This document shows, piece by piece, positions 62,125-64,000 of a stretch of DNA of 64,000 bases. The translations under genes and the position numbers were made by a program. A model generated the notes under the pieces. The model saw only the letters and a program-made list of their open reading frames with translations, did no database searches and was not told the DNA's origin. Numbering within the stretch: position 1 is the stretch's first letter; each line of letters begins with the position of its first letter. The DNA comes from Candidatus Sysuiplasma jiujiangense (GTDB lineage Archaea > Thermoplasmatota > Thermoplasmata > Sysuiplasmatales > Sysuiplasmataceae). Where the stretch lies: assembly GCA_019721075.1 (NCBI GenBank), contig JAHEAD010000014.1, forward strand, positions 404 to 64,403. Reading direction: 5' to 3'.

Positions 62125-62457
62125 TCAGAAGAATTTCCTGATCCTCATGAGATCTTCAAGCGACGCCTTGAACTGAACTTTCTTTGTAGCCCATGCCTTC
62201 ATCGGCCTTATCGTTCCGCTAAGGAGACCCGAGAGTGTTCCCTCATCAGACACAATCTTGATGTCAGGGTTGTCCAGTCTCCCCTCGTGGAAGTCACCCA
62301 TTCTGTTGTTCCTGAGACTGAAACAGAAACTTCTCCCGTCCTTAAGCTCTACCTGTACCGTTCTTGTCATGCCATCGAGCTCTTTCTGGAGTGTGTCATC
62401 CTTCGCCACCCTCGCATTGAATTTATCGATGGCCCCGTTGATCAGCTCTTCAATCAT
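62125..62457 (-). CDS. SCP2-like domain protein
   Basis: PDIKI.SD..TL.GLL.G...PMKAW....V.FK..LEDL pattern. Confidence 0.8.
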   Translation of the reverse strand: MIEELINGAIDKFNARVAKDDTLQKELDGMTRTVQVELKDGRSFCFSLRNNRMGDFHEGRLDNPDIKIVSDEGTLSGLLSGTIRPMKAWATKKVQFKASLEDLMRIRKFF

Positions 62458-62461
62458 TTCC

Positions 62462-63106
62462 TCACCTGAATTCGTCGAGTCTTTTAATTCTGATGCCTGA
62501 TATTATCCTTTTGGATGTTGCCCAGCTCTTCCTGCAGTACGGCGGGAGGTCGCCATTGGCATTCGTGTATGCCCGGATGAAATCGATGGTACGGCTGTCA
62601 GAAGCGTAACCGCTTCCTATGTCACACCCCAATTCCGAACTTATCTCCTGAATCAGCCTGTCACGCGTCACCTTCGCCATTATGGACGCTGCCGAAACGC
62701 TCGGATATTTCTGGTCTGCTCTGTGCTCGGCCATTATCTTCTTGCCGCATAGCCGTGATATCTGCAATGCGAAACGTCCTGCATCGACATCCGGCGCATC
62801 CACATAAAACTGATCGGCACTGAACTGGCTGAGCAGTGACGCAAACTGCACAAGCTCCAGTTCGTTCAGAGATGATTTGCAGACCGCTTCGTCTATCTGA
62901 TCTGGCCAGACGACTGATATCTTCCATTCTGCAAATTTCCTCAGCTCTTCGAACAGGAAAGAACGTCTTTCGGCCGAGAGTTGCTTTGAGTCCTTCACAC
63001 CGAGCGAAGTGAGTGCTGAAACATCCGCCGCAAGAGCGCACAGCACCATGGGTCCCATGACGGGCCCTCTCCCTGCTTCATCGGCACCGACCTGCAGAAC
63101 CGTCAA
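62462..63106 (-). CDS. rnhB: Ribonuclease HII
   Basis: GADEAGRGPVMGPMV, DSKQLS, VDA, H.AD, SAASI.AKV.RD, GSGY.SD, R.SW. Confidence 0.96.
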   Translation of the reverse strand: MTVLQVGADEAGRGPVMGPMVLCALAADVSALTSLGVKDSKQLSAERRSFLFEELRKFAEWKISVVWPDQIDEAVCKSSLNELELVQFASLLSQFSADQFYVDAPDVDAGRFALQISRLCGKKIMAEHRADQKYPSVSAASIMAKVTRDRLIQEISSELGCDIGSGYASDSRTIDFIRAYTNANGDLPPYCRKSWATSKRIISGIRIKRLDEFR

Positions 63107-63351
63107 GACGCCTCCTGATTAACAAGATGGACTGGCCGGCCTTCAATGAGCACCATCCTTATAAGACTGTTCCGTCGCCAGCAGTATTGGGAGAGGGTCT
63201 TGCTTACCGATTGGTTCTGGTCCGTCTTCGGGGCTGAGTCCCGAATAGGCACTTCAACCTCAACAGGCACCGCACAAGGGCAAAATACGAGACAGAATTT
63301 CTGATAAAGAAGGGGCTCGGCGATTAATAAAATCGAACTCTGAAAGTAGTG

Positions 63352-63831
63352 CTAATAGTTATGATATGTTATGGCAAAAGGTTGCAGAAATTTCAGTGTT
63401 GTGCTCACTGGTGAATAGAAGACAAATGAAATTATCTCAAAATGTTCCTGAGAATACGTGAAAACAGTGTAGTTTATGACACCTGCGTATTTCCATATCC
63501 ATGGATATCCGGTTACATTGTAAAAGGAAGGTGCGGGCAGGTGTGAAGGAGGAGCCTCCCATTCCATGGCGAGACCGTCAGGGGTGGTGAATTCAGCTGC
63601 CCTGTTGGTGACAATCCAGCTTCCATTGCCGATCACAGTGAAATTGCCGTACGGCGCGTTGAAACTGAAACTTTTGTAGCCCATAAAGGTGAACTCTGCA
63701 CCCTTTTTGACAAGAGTCAGGGAGGCTGGTTGGGCATGCGATGAATTCGGTGCACCCGCAGAATAGAAATATCCCCAAGCGACATCGGCCACAACCGCCG
63801 CAACAATAATCAAAGTCAGTAAGATCTTCAT
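63352..63831 (-). CDS. Secreted or membrane-anchored hypothetical protein
   Basis: N-terminal hydrophobic helix, aromatic beta-rich body with sequons. Confidence 0.65.
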   Translation of the reverse strand: MKILLTLIIVAAVVADVAWGYFYSAGAPNSSHAQPASLTLVKKGAEFTFMGYKSFSFNAPYGNFTVIGNGSWIVTNRAAEFTTPDGLAMEWEAPPSHLPAPSFYNVTGYPWIWKYAGVINYTVFTYSQEHFEIISFVFYSPVSTTLKFLQPFAITYHNY

Positions 63832-64000
63832 ATCACACCACTAACCCGTATACTGATTGTATGCCAGATTGAAGCCATCGCCACTCGCGACATATGAAGG
63901 GATAAGTTGCTATACTATGCATAGCACCACTTTCCAAGGATCATATACCCTGTTCGTACTATTTTGAGATTGGTATGAACAGCGCTTTGGGACAAAATTA

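Noticed and set aside
58900..64000. CRISPR-Cas locus suggested by the Cas4-like gene
   Set aside because: No repeat-spacer array and no cas1, cas2 or effector genes seen anywhere in the window.

Overview
Archaeal chromosomal window, most likely from an acidophilic Thermoplasmatota (inference from a Thermoplasma-type zinc-containing ferredoxin, a tricorn-factor-like M1 peptidase, aSelBL, pelota, ABCE1, TATA/BRE promoters and a BHB-type tRNA intron). Layout: (i) 1-6.6 kb is a decayed accessory patch at the 3' side of tRNA-Glu, with an IS630 remnant fused to a dapA-like fragment, a 1256-aa beta-propeller surface protein and an IS66 pseudogene. (ii) 7-21 kb is an accessory block with a tandem MutS4-like ATPase pair, DUF72, a vWA/PP2C/kinase (TerY-P-like) triad whose kinase is membrane-anchored and convergently encoded, a restriction-enzyme-like-domain/KaiC-like fusion and an ICL/PEP-mutase pseudogene. 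(iii) 21-48 kb holds catabolic and transport genes. (iv) 48-64 kb holds translation and housekeeping genes (pelota, metG, ABCE1, aSelBL, intron-containing initiator tRNA, rnhB), a DtxR-family operon with a 20-bp-phased operator array, and a CDIN1/C15orf41-like nuclease next to a solo Cas4-like nuclease with a four-helix membrane insertion. No CRISPR array or rRNA was seen. The best candidates for undescribed systems are the membrane-coupled split TerY-P-like module with its KaiC-fusion neighbour and the membrane-embedded Cas4/CDIN1 nuclease cluster. All family calls come from motif recognition by eye; no database search was run.
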